64,000 nucleotides of DNA, taken from positions 1 to 64,000 of IMG/VR virus record IMGVR_UViG_3300024187_000002; one strand, given 5' to 3'. The stretch is from a virus. Its lineage: Duplodnaviria; Caudoviricetes. Below are positions 38,141 through 48,742 of the stretch, piece after piece (the first letter of the stretch is position 1; each line of letters opens with the position of its first letter). The position numbers and the translations under genes were made by a program. The notes beneath the pieces were generated by a model. It made no database searches. It had not been told where the DNA came from and saw only the letters and a list, made by a program, of their open reading frames with translations.

Positions 38141-38434
38141 TTACTTTTCCACCGTATCTAATCGATACCGAGCTACTCGTTTACCTAATGCTGTAACGTG
38201 TGTTTCTGTTTTAATCTTGTGGCCCTCACGTCTCAAATCCCAAATTCTTCCACCAAGGCGTAGCGTGCCGAATCGATCTAATGCCTCAAGTGGGGTCAGT
38301 GCGTGTCCCTGCTTCAGCCAGTTCAGGATAGCTTGGTTCTGTGATGTAGTTTTGTTCACTGATCTGCCCTCTGATAGCGAAACACTGCTCTGCGTTCTAA
38401 TCGAGTTCGCCGTGCTTCTTGCTTTACTTCGCAC
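38141..38434 (-). CDS. Phage HTH DNA-binding protein
   Basis: SQNQAILNWLKQG..LTPLEAL..LRLGGRIWDLRREG..I..YRL. Confidence 0.75.
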   Translation of the reverse strand: MRSKARSTANSIRTQSSVSLSEGRSVNKTTSQNQAILNWLKQGHALTPLEALDRFGTLRLGGRIWDLRREGHKIKTETHVTALGKRVARYRLDTVEK

Positions 38435-38812
38435 ATTGGTCTTGGATGGCCGACCACTTGCCCGCTTTGAAGCTTTATGTATTGACTTGGGGCAGGTGAC
38501 TGCGATGTGAGCGCATGGTGCGAACGTGGCCGCAGGATGCGATCCTTGCTTCCCCTGCGTTCGCGTCGCTTTTGCGCTTCGTCTTGAATCTTGGTTATGC
38601 GCTCCGGTTCGCTCGCTTGGTTGGCCGTCAAATACGCTTCTGACCCGCCTTGAGTGGCGCGACGGTAGATATCCATCAAAGCTGAGCCGTAACCCGTTTT
38701 CTCGGAATTCGCCGTGGCACGTTTGCGCCTGAATTGAACTCGTTTTTTGTGTTTACTCATATATCCATTCTCCCTAGAAGTTAATCCCGGGTTGTCTCCC
38801 CGAGTTACGTTT

Positions 38813-39031
38813 TCAGATCACCTGTTCGGCTTTAACTGTCGCTTCGTTGCCGCGTGATATCCCATCACCACCGCAAGCCTGACAACGGCGATACATGAAC
38901 ATCAATTCGTTACCAGTTCCGTCGCACCGTTCGCAGCGCATGGTTGGCTCAACCGCGGCTGCGAGGTAGTTGTCAGCCTTTACACGCGGATCGTTCTTCG
39001 GATTGATAACGATCACTCGTCGCACTTTCAT
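38813..39031 (-). CDS. DnaJ-type CxxCxGxG zinc-finger protein
   Basis: CERCDGTG and CQACGGDG. Confidence 0.6.
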   Translation of the reverse strand: MKVRRVIVINPKNDPRVKADNYLAAAVEPTMRCERCDGTGNELMFMYRRCQACGGDGISRGNEATVKAEQVI

Positions 39032-39083
39032 CGCGTCTCCTCCATTTCAGACTCATCAGGGCATTCAGGGAACGAAGTGCTAA

Positions 39084-39707
39084 TCATGGTTTTGTGAAAT
39101 CCTTTGTCTTGAGTTTGACGATTAGCCTATGGCCCTTTTTGTCGAATAGCGTTTCCGCTGTGCGGCCCACAAGCCCCTCAGCTCGCGCCTTCCCTTCGCC
39201 AAGCAGCGACGGAAACCCTCTCTTGACCATTGCCGTTGCGTCATCAAGCGTCATCTCTCCGATGAACGGAACAACCTCAAGATTCAGCCTTCGCGCTACG
39301 TCGCAAGTGTTATCCCAACTCAGCCACCATTTATCGTCAACGAGCACATCGAACACGATGAACCGTTTGATAGGCGAATAATCGCCGCCCTTCTGAATGC
39401 CCGCGCCGTAGCCTTCGCCGTAAATAACAGCGTTCGTGTCGGGGAAGATTTCAGCCATCTTCGCCGCGCTCACGGACTCGTAAAGGTGCTTGATAAGGTC
39501 GGCGTGAATCTGTGCGTTATCAGTCTTACCGCCAAAGGTCAACGTGCCGTTCTTCCAGATGCAGCGGATATTCGTGCCGTCAACTTTCTCCGTCCATTGC
39601 CACGTCTTAATCAGCGAGTAGGTGGCGTTCTTGAGCTTCGACGGATCGACCTTGAACGTGTCCATATCGCGTTCGTATAGAGTTTCAATCTTGTGGTATT
39701 CGCTCAT
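39084..39707 (-). CDS. ATP-dependent RNA ligase (Rnl2-like, nucleotidyltransferase domain only)
   Basis: EKVDGTN motif I, IYGEGYG, FIVFDV, EGLV, VKLK. Confidence 0.85.
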   Translation of the reverse strand: MSEYHKIETLYERDMDTFKVDPSKLKNATYSLIKTWQWTEKVDGTNIRCIWKNGTLTFGGKTDNAQIHADLIKHLYESVSAAKMAEIFPDTNAVIYGEGYGAGIQKGGDYSPIKRFIVFDVLVDDKWWLSWDNTCDVARRLNLEVVPFIGEMTLDDATAMVKRGFPSLLGEGKARAEGLVGRTAETLFDKKGHRLIVKLKTKDFTKP

Positions 39708-39719
39708 CTTTCCCCCGCC

Positions 39720-39893
39720 GCTTCAGCGGCCCACACTCTTTCAAGAATCGGGCGTCTCAAGACTCCCTTTGCTCTGGACACTTAAGAAATTATTCCGAGC
39801 CGATTGCTTTCCCAGAGTTTGTGTCCAACCGAGACCCCGCTACTGCGATAGAGCGTTTCAGTAGTCGAAATCTCACTCCTCAACCGGCTCGGC
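39720..39893 (-). ncRNA. Candidate pseudoknotted RNA upstream of the RNA ligase
   Basis: 12-bp stem 39892-39881/39806-39795, nested stems, 7-bp pseudoknot 39827-39821/39781-39775. Confidence 0.5.
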
Positions 39894-40236
39894 TGATCTT
39901 CTCCGACTTGCCAAACTGGAGATTTCAGGCCGCTCTCGCGAGCGTCTCGTGGGCCAATCCAGCCCCGGCAATGAGCGCGTTCATGGCCGCATTAATGTCG
40001 CGATCATGGCGAGCACCACAGGCTCCGCAGTCCCATTCCCTTACCGATAGACCTGTCCATCCGGTCGGACCAGTCAAAGCCCCGCACGCTGAACAGGTTC
40101 TAGTGGAATTCTTGGATTCAGGTTCGACGTAGATTCCAAGGCCGTCTGTACGACACTTGCTCTTGTAGGCCAACATCGAACGTAGTTGATAATGACTTGA
40201 CGACGCGACACTCTTCCCAAATCGCCGGACGCAAGC
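39894..40236 (-). mobile_element. tnpB: IS200/IS605 tnpB 3' remnant with right-end hairpin (omegaRNA region)
   Basis: RRFGKSVASSSHYQLRSMLAYK..STRTCSACG..REWDCGACGARHDRDINAA; hairpin ending ATCA at 39894; no upstream RuvC-I/II. Confidence 0.8.
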
Positions 40237-40644
40237 GCGCTCTTCCGGTTTCGTTCTCGCTGAATTTCACTAATCGTTCTCATGGCTGCAAACTTGATTT
40301 CAAAGGGAAGCTGGCTCATCGCCACGCCGATCTGCCGTCGCTTTCCGGTCGTAACCGTTGGGCTGTTTCACGGTCGCTGCTTCCCTTTATGGCCGAAGTA
40401 GATTCTTAATCAATAACCGCTATCCGTTCTTGAGCCTTAAGCTTTCTCGTCATATGGCGGTTTACCCTTCGGCTAATTTGATTCAAAGAACGCTGCGCGA
40501 CTCTTCACAGCCTCTCTTTCGAGGTGCTTATCGCTTCGGCTCCAAGCCGCGCAACCTTGAATTGCCGGACTGTCGCGCCCCAAGAAAGGAAGTCAGGGCC
40601 ACGGGTGTTACCTATTCACCGTGAGTCCGGCAAAGTGAAAAGAA

Positions 40645-41225
40645 CTAAAGTGCAAAATACTTCTGGGCAAATGATAGTGTAATTGAGTGGGGCGGTAATC
40701 CCTTTTTCATACAGTTAATCGCTTGGCCGAGAAGATAGCGGCCCATACGCTCTCGTGAATTGAACCACTCTGGTTCATGTCCCGCATATTCATTCTCGCT
40801 GTATCCCGCGGCTATTAGCCGATCTGCGACTGCGGCTGAATCCCAAGCCACATCAACATCGTCGGCAGGCTCAACGATCTCTACCAGCCAGTATACTAAG
40901 GCGTTTAGATGGTTGTCAGCCCGTAGAATCTTAGGAAGTGCCTCAACGCACGAATCGAGTTCTACTTGCTTGCGCTTTACTGTTTCCGCGCGTTCCGCCG
41001 CGGCCTTACGACCCGCGGGAGATTCGCGGTAGGCGCGTTGACGGTCGTCTAAAAGGGACTGCCACCGCGCAACGAGAACACTTGATTGATCGTCCGGCAA
41101 CACCCGTAACGCGATGTCGTTAAACTTAAAACTCACAGGGTTACCGGACTCTTTTGCCAACCCAATCGCCTCATCGCACGCTTTTGTGATATGACTACCG
41201 GCTAACGGTTCGTATGTTTGCATTT
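40645..41225 (-). CDS. Hypothetical phage protein
   Basis: SD AAGGAGA before MQTYEPLAG. Confidence 0.55.
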
Positions 41226-41952
41226 GTTCTCCTTGCGCGTTTACGCGCTCCACGAATCTAACCAGTAACCGAGTCCCTGAGAGTTCCCGTGGCTTCACCT
41301 TCTAACTGCTTAACGACTTCCTCTCGTGCTTCCAACAGACTCACCGCACTAATCAACGCATCAACCTCGCGCGAAACAGGGAGTTGATGTAAGCGCGCAA
41401 CTAGCCATTGACTAGCCGTCCGCGCCTTGTCCAAAACTTCTTTCTCAGCAATCGCCACGAGGTCTAGCGTCCCGTCTCGTTGTGCGCGTTCTGAATTTCC
41501 AAGTGTGCGGATTGGATAAATAGCAGACCACCCACAAGAACCCTTTGAGCATTTGAAAGTGATGTTGCGCTCATTCAGTTCGATTAGATGGTGAGCACGG
41601 CACCGCGGACAACAACCCGCCTCAATCCACTGCTTGAGATTCTCGGCGTGAGCTGCGAGTGTTGCTTCGATTCTCTGATCCATTAGTCGAAAGTCGTGTT
41701 CTGTTTTCACGCTTCACGCTCCAGTCTGAAAGGTAGATATCGACGCCCACCGCCGACATTGACATATCTCAACTCTACTTGATCCCCAACACTTCTAGTT
41801 TCAAGTGGAAAGTCTGAAACAGGAAGTAGTAGGCGCGGCATCTCCGGTGAATCAGTATATAGCCAGAAGTAGTCTGTTGTTTTCCAACTGCTGCCAGCTA
41901 CGAGTTCTTGAGTACGTTCTGTGATTAGTCCGACCATTAACTCTGTCCTTTC

Positions 41953-42360
41953 TTAGAACGGCGGGTCTGTGTCTGGATCTTCTTCGCCGCTAGTCTGGTT
42001 ATTGGTCTGTTTCGGCGCAGACTGTCCGCGGTCATTGCCGCCGATAAATTGCATGTCCGTAGCGTTTACCTCTAGCGAGTATCGCTGCTTACCCTCTCGG
42101 TCGATGTATTCCTCGACTCGCAAGCGCCCCTCGATGTAAACCGGACGCCCTTTAGCGAGGTATTGCGATGCGGCCTCAGCTTGTCTGCCCCAAAGAGTTA
42201 TCTTGAACCACGTGGTTATATCTTCGATTTCCCCTCCGCGCCCTTTACGCTTCTCGTTCGTGGCGAGACTGAAACCGCACACCGGCGTTCCCTGCGGCGT
42301 ATATCGGAGTTCAGGATCGCGGCCCAGATTGCCAACGATGATAATTTTATTGAAACTCAT
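41953..42360 (-). CDS. ssb: Single-stranded DNA-binding protein
   Basis: FNKIIIVGNLGRDPELRYTPQG; acidic DPPF tail. Confidence 0.96.
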   Translation of the reverse strand: MSFNKIIIVGNLGRDPELRYTPQGTPVCGFSLATNEKRKGRGGEIEDITTWFKITLWGRQAEAASQYLAKGRPVYIEGRLRVEEYIDREGKQRYSLEVNATDMQFIGGNDRGQSAPKQTNNQTSGEEDPDTDPPF

Positions 42361-42977
42361 TTGTTTCCGTTCCTGAGTGCGGCTATTTTTGCCTCGATTT
42401 CTGCGTCAAACTCTATTATGGCTTGCTCGATTTTCCTGATTACGTGATCGTCGCGCTCGATTCGCTTTCTCCAGTATTTCAACTCTTCCGGCATGTCAGG
42501 ATGATAGGCTACGAAGTCCCACCACTTACGCTCTGAACACGCCATTCCAAATTGACACTGATAAAGATAGGTGGTATCAACAATCCCCGTTTCAATCATG
42601 GCTAGATGTGCGCCAGCGTCGCAGCACTTAATTTCTAATCCACCATCATTGCCTACCAGACCGTCCGGCGACGCGCCAGCACGATCGATGTGCGGGTGCG
42701 GGATAAATCCGACCTCTACAACGTCATTCCCTGTATAGAATTCGTAAGCACTGCGGGCTTCTGGTTCCATTTCCAGCCGGTTATTAAGGCTGTAGACATA
42801 ACGACTGGTGCGTCTACCTGTGAGCCTTTGGGCCAGCAGTTCGTTGAAATAATTCTTGCGCGACGCAGCCCACCCGCTCTTAGTCGTTGCGAGCATGTCG
42901 CCTACGCGAGACGCGCCGATCCATCCGCATTTAAGCTGATTCCATTCGGGCGTGTTTTGGATTACCTCGTCGCTCAT
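42357..42977 (-). CDS. YqaJ/lambda-exonuclease-like nuclease
   Basis: IGASR, GASPDGLV, LEIKC, YLYQCQFGM. Confidence 0.9.
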   Translation of the reverse strand: MSDEVIQNTPEWNQLKCGWIGASRVGDMLATTKSGWAASRKNYFNELLAQRLTGRRTSRYVYSLNNRLEMEPEARSAYEFYTGNDVVEVGFIPHPHIDRAGASPDGLVGNDGGLEIKCCDAGAHLAMIETGIVDTTYLYQCQFGMACSERKWWDFVAYHPDMPEELKYWRKRIERDDHVIRKIEQAIIEFDAEIEAKIAALRNGNK

Positions 42978-43711
42978 TTAGCCGCCTCGCGTATTTTCTT
43001 AGCCAATCCCGCAACCGCGTTCTTATACTTGCTCGCGGGTAATTGTTCCAACGTCTCGCACTTGAAGTACTTACACAGACGCGCTTCTTGTTGATCGTCG
43101 ATTTCTTGACACATAGCGCGCATGTCCGCGACTTGCTTCTCGGTGATGAATTCTTGAGGCTCATTTCCGTCCGTGTCGTCCTTATCGACCAACATCGGAA
43201 TGTTCCATATCATCTTGGCGAGATTGCGCATTCCGTAGGACGTGCCGGAGTTCACGGCTTGAGGCTTAGTCATCACACCGCCGCCCTTTGGCCCTTGCCC
43301 GTCAATAGGCATTGGTGTGCGATAGCGGCGCTTGTGACCGCCGACGTGGATTAAATCGCAGCACAGCATGGCCATATCCGGCGTTGGCCCTGCTTCGGTG
43401 TCCCAACTTTGCGTAAACTGGTACTTAATACGGATCGGGCGCAGCATCTTATCAATCTTCGGATAGCTTACGTTCCGGCTATTCTTTTCTTGATTGACCT
43501 TATCCCACTTCAATATTTGCACTTCGGCCTGAGCTTTAATCAGCGCGGCGTCAAATTCCCTTTCGGCTTGGCGATCTTCTGCCTGAAATTGCATGTCGGC
43601 CAACATCTTGACCTTTTCAATCGGCACTTCAGGATTATTAACAACCTCGCGCAGTATTTCCATGAATGAAACGGCGGGTTTGATTGGCTCTAATGATTGC
43701 TGTTCGCTCAT
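42974..43711 (-). CDS. erf: ERF-family ssDNA annealing protein
   Basis: ALIKAQAE..Q..SGTSYGMRN..DDTDG. Confidence 0.8.
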   Translation of the reverse strand: MSEQQSLEPIKPAVSFMEILREVVNNPEVPIEKVKMLADMQFQAEDRQAEREFDAALIKAQAEVQILKWDKVNQEKNSRNVSYPKIDKMLRPIRIKYQFTQSWDTEAGPTPDMAMLCCDLIHVGGHKRRYRTPMPIDGQGPKGGGVMTKPQAVNSGTSYGMRNLAKMIWNIPMLVDKDDTDGNEPQEFITEKQVADMRAMCQEIDDQQEARLCKYFKCETLEQLPASKYKNAVAGLAKKIREAAK

Positions 43712-44166
43712 CTTTTCCCTTTCGGCTGCTGATTTCGTTCGTCAAAGTAAACTTCCGGCGATAGCACAACAATTCCACAGAATGAGGCTAAGAATTCAGC
43801 CGCGCGATCCAAATACTCTGCAAATTCTGCCGTGTCCATGTCGTGTGTCGTTGGCCGCGCTTCGTCTAGAATTTCGCCGGTCTCTTTGCTGATGATGTCC
43901 TTAACCCCTAAAACCCTTTTAACCAGCGCGTCATGCGCCTGCTCTGCTGTGATCCAAGGCTCGCCACTCGCTTCCCTTAACCATTCCAACCAAGCGGGTA
44001 TATAGGCACTCCAGTAGTACGCATTAGCATTCAAAGACCGCGTGCGCTTGCGTTGGCGCATCTGGAATTCCCAGATACCCCTGAGAGTCCCGATCTTTGA
44101 CATGAGACGCTGCTTGTTATGCAGACTGTTCATGTCTAGGACTAATGGCGGCTCTTTAATGCGCAT
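43708..44166 (-). CDS. ninB: NinB/Orf-like recombination protein
   Basis: RTRSLNANAYYW..TTHDMDTAEFAEYLD. Confidence 0.72.
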   Translation of the reverse strand: MRIKEPPLVLDMNSLHNKQRLMSKIGTLRGIWEFQMRQRKRTRSLNANAYYWSAYIPAWLEWLREASGEPWITAEQAHDALVKRVLGVKDIISKETGEILDEARPTTHDMDTAEFAEYLDRAAEFLASFCGIVVLSPEVYFDERNQQPKGKR

Positions 44167-44211
44167 GTCTGCGTGTTTCGCTATAGTGGATGCCGATGTT
44201 GGTCACTGTTA

Positions 44212-44691
44212 TTACTCGACTACTTGGCCGGTTCGGATTACATGAGTAAGATAACGAACGGCTACCTTAGCCTCTTCCATGCCCGGTTCTGCTTCGGCGA
44301 ATTGAGTAGCGAACGGCTCAGGCCACTCGCCATCGATCCAACTAGTGAAAATCTGATCTTCACTTGTGTTTCTGTCTAGTCCCAACAACGCAGAAGCTCT
44401 ACCGGCAATAGTATTGCGTCGCGTGCGCCACAGCAAAGCTAATCCTTGTTTCGCGCTGCGTTCAGAGCAGATTAACGCTTCTCCCGCTAGGCATGCTTGC
44501 GTGCCACATGGAGCGACTGATGATTTTTGTTTCCAATAACCTTGATTGTAACTTTCAGGCACAGCAGCAATTCGGTTGCGCACCTTTACCCAAAGAGGGA
44601 AGTTAAGCGGCGGCTTGTCGGCGGCTTTGCGCTTGGCGTTGATGTTCTTCCACCGTGCTCTAAGTGCTGACGTAACGGTTAGTGGCTTCAT
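44212..44691 (-). CDS. Hypothetical protein
   Basis: 159 aa, CGTQACLAG motif. Confidence 0.55.
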   Translation of the reverse strand: MKPLTVTSALRARWKNINAKRKAADKPPLNFPLWVKVRNRIAAVPESYNQGYWKQKSSVAPCGTQACLAGEALICSERSAKQGLALLWRTRRNTIAGRASALLGLDRNTSEDQIFTSWIDGEWPEPFATQFAEAEPGMEEAKVAVRYLTHVIRTGQVVE

Positions 44692-44725
44692 TTCTTTGCT
44701 CCATTTCTCTTAGCGGGTTTCGCCG

Positions 44726-44854
44726 CTACGATTTCTTCGGTTCTTTGTAGTCTACTCGCTTACATCGGGGACACTGGACGGGATTTTTCTTTCGCGCTCC
44801 CCAGTCTGCGCCGCACTGATTACAGTGTTGCGGATATGACGGATTCTTTTTCAT
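44726..44854 (-). CDS. 42-aa zinc-ribbon protein
   Basis: HCNQCGADW..NPVQCPRCKRVDY; translated manually. Confidence 0.55.
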   Translation of the reverse strand: MKKNPSYPQHCNQCGADWGARKKNPVQCPRCKRVDYKEPKKS

Positions 44855-45344
44855 CAACTATTCCCTCTTCGGAGACGGTGTATTTGTAGCCCTCATGCTC
44901 GAACGCGATTAAGTAAGACTTGTCGTTGATAAATCGCTCCACTTTCAGTAGTAGCTTGAGGCGTTCTACGCGCGCCAGTCGCGCCTTGTATTCAATGTCA
45001 CGCTGGCGATCTTCGTCTCGCCGCCGTTGCCGGTTCTTTTCCGCGCTCTTTGCGTGTCCGGTCTTAAATTCTTCCATCGCCGCCTCGAATTCCGCTCTAG
45101 AACCGCAGCGACCGCAAAGACTCCACCCCTCAAGTTCGGACACTGCCTTAGTAATGCCATTTCCAAAATAGTGCTGGAACTCGATAGCCCGACCGCATTC
45201 AGCCAAGGAGCGAAAACTGCCGTTTTGCGTGCACCGTTGCCGCGCAATATGAAGCGGGCCGCGCCCCGTCGCCGGATTGTAAACCCACCCAATGCGCGGA
45301 TATGGTAGGGCGGTAATTTTGGTGATCGCGTGTTTGGTTGCCAT
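44820..45344 (-). CDS. Hypothetical protein with its own promoter
   Basis: ATG 45344 lies 7 nt after TTGACT-17-TATTAT (45380-45352). Confidence 0.55.
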   Translation of the reverse strand: MATKHAITKITALPYPRIGWVYNPATGRGPLHIARQRCTQNGSFRSLAECGRAIEFQHYFGNGITKAVSELEGWSLCGRCGSRAEFEAAMEEFKTGHAKSAEKNRQRRRDEDRQRDIEYKARLARVERLKLLLKVERFINDKSYLIAFEHEGYKYTVSEEGIVDEKESVISATL

Positions 45345-46808
45345 GTTAGTAATAATAAACAGGCGTAATAATAAAGTCAACTGTCAATTTGACTTGTTTA
45401 TTTTCCCGCAAGGTCTACAAGCGTAAGTGCGGCGTCTTTGTTGAATTTAGAGAGTCGGGGGTTTGGGGATAGCCTCAAAGTTGCGTTGGGAGGCTTCTCG
45501 CTCGTGACGGACTTGTTCTGCGCGTTGAAGCCACGCCTTGCGCTTAATCCCCGTGGTGAATTCTTCTCTCGCCTCGTCATTTTCTCGTTGGTAAAAATCC
45601 AGCCAGTAATTATAAGCAGCGCGGATGTGGCTATCGTCCATTTGCGCGACGCGGGTGCGGTACTCGGCGATAAGATCGCGCTGTCTATTTAATGCAAGTT
45701 CGTTCCCGTCATGTAATGCTAACTCAAAAGACAAGGAACTTGGCCCGCGGCCTAGAGTGGGTTGAAGCACTGACAGTGCTGCGTCTTTTAATTCGTTTGT
45801 GGTCATTCTTCACCATCCATTGTTCATTAGCGAGCTTGGCGAGTCGATTCGTTAAGAGATTGTTTCTGCTTTTCAATAAACGGCTGACTGGCTTCGTCCC
45901 ACTGAGTTTCGGCGCATCGAATTAGAAAGTCAGAGCGAGTCTTTTCCACTCCGCGTTCAGTGAGCATCCGGCGTAGTACCTTGATTGCTCTTTTTCTGAG
46001 CAAGTGTCGTTTCGGATGCCGAGCGTAGGTTTCCACCATTGCGTCGTAGCCGATTTTGATTAGGTCTGTGTCAGTCAGCATTGAATTTAATTGGCCGGAG
46101 TCACTGCGGGAACTGGATTGCTATCCGGCCTAGTCGCCGCGTTCGCCCGCTACCCTAGCCATTGTTTCAGGTGGGTTCTCCCGCGATTTCGCAGCATTTT
46201 CTTGTTGCTCCCATGAGCGATTTCTGTTATTTTACCACCGCTACTCTAGTATTGTGATGAATCAATCCACGCAATCAAATAAAGCAGCAAATACCGTCAG
46301 CGAAGTAAAGCATGGTTCTTGTCGTTCGCTGAGTATCCAGATCGCGAAAATCAGCGGAGGCCAGATGACGGCTGGCGACGTGGGAGCATGGAAAGCACCC
46401 GTGGAACAACGCGCCACGGCGAAGGGCATGCACAGTTGAGATAGCCAGTTCCTATGACTGAGTTCAAATCACTCATAGTCTTTCCGGGTAATCGCAGACG
46501 AACAGTGAACCCGGCCCAAAACGCCCAGAGCAGATTATCGCTTTGTTCAAAGAACGTGTCTTGCTTGCAGGGCAAGACTTTGGGTTAAATCTCAACGAAC
46601 CTCGTCACAAATAATATCGCTTCGCTAATAGCCCAAAACGGCATGCAACCTAGAGCCTCTCACTCTTATAGGCGCGCAGAAGGGATAAGGTTCGGTACGC
46701 TCTAGTTCCCAAACAAGATCGGCCAGAAATAAACATAGAAAAGGATAATAGACAAGACAATCAATCCCTGCCCTGTTACAGATGACCAGCTTTGGATTTT
46801 AGACTTCA

Positions 46809-47021
46809 TCACTGTTTGCTCTTTCCGTTACTTCGACCTGACCGTTGCATATTTGGATTGATTATCAGCTTAGCCAGCACCCCGCGCTTAATGCGGACAC
46901 TTGGTATCGAGACCTCTTCAGTGGCGAGCTTTCCGGCTTTAATTGCCGCCCAAATCGCTTGCCGCGTCACCCCTTTAATGGACGCGGCCTCGTTCACGGT
47001 TAATAGATCGCTTGCCTTCAT
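46809..47021 (-). CDS. HTH (excisionase/MerR-like) DNA-binding protein
   Basis: LLTVNEAASIKGVTRQAIWAAIKAGKL. Confidence 0.8.
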   Translation of the reverse strand: MKASDLLTVNEAASIKGVTRQAIWAAIKAGKLATEEVSIPSVRIKRGVLAKLIINPNMQRSGRSNGKSKQ

Positions 47022-47029
47022 CGACGCTT

Positions 47030-47100
47030 AAGATATACTATCTAAATTTCCTTGTCAACGACAAATAATACTTGACATCGGCAAATAATGAGCGTAGAGT
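47030..47100. promoter_or_regulatory. Back-to-back divergent sigma70 promoters (early control region)
   Basis: Left: TTGACA(47058-47053)-17-TATCTT. Right: TTGACA(47072-47077)-17-TAGAGT. Confidence 0.75.
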
Positions 47101-48742
47101 GTCCCTTGTTAGTTTGGTTAGTTCTTCGACAAGCAGGTGGTTCGCAGAAAGGTAAGGCCAAAAGATGTTGACAATGAAAGAAGTCGGAGAGGCTAACACC
47201 CTCTTTCGCAAGTATGTCTCAACGCGTAGGCCGTTTAACTTGTTAGAGCTTTATGGCTGCGTTCGACGGGAGACGCGATTAGCGGAGCGCGGAGAAATCA
47301 GGGTGACGCGAGAATTGCTAAGAGAACTAAGAGCGGATCGCGCCAAGGTCGGGCGATTGGCTCACGAGGCGATAGGGCGAGCAGAATTAAAGAATCCGTG
47401 GCAACCATTCGCCAACTACGTGGAGTGGATGTTGAACAGCTAACTTCTAACCGGCGAATACCTGTTTGACTGAGAACTAGCCAGAAGGGGGAGCAAATGA
47501 AATTAGGCGATTACCTTAGAAATAAAGAGCGCGAGCATCGTAACGAAGAAGAGCGGTGGAAATTGATCCGTTTACTCGAAAAGATTCAAGCTGCTTATGT
47601 TGACGATCCGGGCACCGCTGATCTTTACGACGAACAGCCGGTGAATGTCCGCCTCACTCTTGGAGACGTTCGATTTGTGCGCGAGATTATGCGCTAAAAC
47701 AGGGAGCAGCCAATGAACAAGAGATACAGAAATCTACTTAACAACTTTGCGGCGCGGATGGGGCGCGAATGTCCGAAATGTGGGCGGATGGAAACGCCAC
47801 AAGAAATCGCGAACTGTAGGCCGATTAAGTTTGGTTCGGGACGGGCGAAAAAGGTGAATTTTCGCGGGAACGGGGAGAACGAAGATGCCGCCCAAGACTG
47901 AATGGACAATAACCCAACTCGCTGCAATACGTGAAACCTTGCTGGACGTGATTGACGATGGCGCACCGTGGCAAGGTCTTGGCCGACCGTGGACGTTTTA
48001 CCCGACAGAGGGATACTGGAAAACAGAGACACAGGCTACAAACGCTGACCGGCTAGACTTTTGCAGCGAACTACAGCGCCGACTAATGCAAAGGTCTGAG
48101 TAGGGCGTGATTCGGTGAAAGGTGGGTGTAATGGCAATCAAAGTTGACGATTTGGTTCGATGGTACAAAGCGCAAGAACTTGTTTACGCTTCTCAGGGAG
48201 TCCGCGGCGACGATAAATATCACGTCCGCCTGACCGTTTCGCGCTTCAGCGACTTTCCAACTTGTACGGTCACGCGCCGTAACATTTTAACACTCAAAAC
48301 AAAAGAGCTTTACCACGGGACCTCTGTGGATGCGGCGGTACGAATTTACAACGATGCGATTGGCGAGTAGCTATACACCGGAGAGCGGAGCGAGCGGAGA
48401 ACGGATTTGAGTCTCAAGGCAAAGGGAGTCTAACGGCGTTCGTTTCAATAGAGAGTGTGAGCCGCCCTGCGGCGCGGGAGAAGCAAATGAATTATCCAGT
48501 AGTTGTCTTTCAGGTTGGCGAGAAGTTATACGCGCCTTGTGGTTTGTGTGGCGGTAGCGGGAAGCGCACGGAGTACACGTCATCGAGTGACTATCCCGGC
48601 ACTCGGTACGGGAAAGAAACGCGATTCAACTGCGGCGGATGCAAAGGCTTGAAATACGACAAAGGGAATCCTGTTCGGATCGCAGTGATAAGCGAAACGA
48701 AGCCAAAGCGGACGCCTTAATTAACCCCATGGTCGCGCACAA

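Noticed and set aside
39720-39893. Firm assignment as pistol or HDV ribozyme, or cobalamin riboswitch
   Set aside because: Key conserved residues or helices are missing (GCG and GU for pistol; P3/P4 for HDV; B12 core).
39925-40236. Active TnpB nuclease or autonomous IS
   Set aside because: Most of the protein, including RuvC-I/II, and any tnpA are absent.
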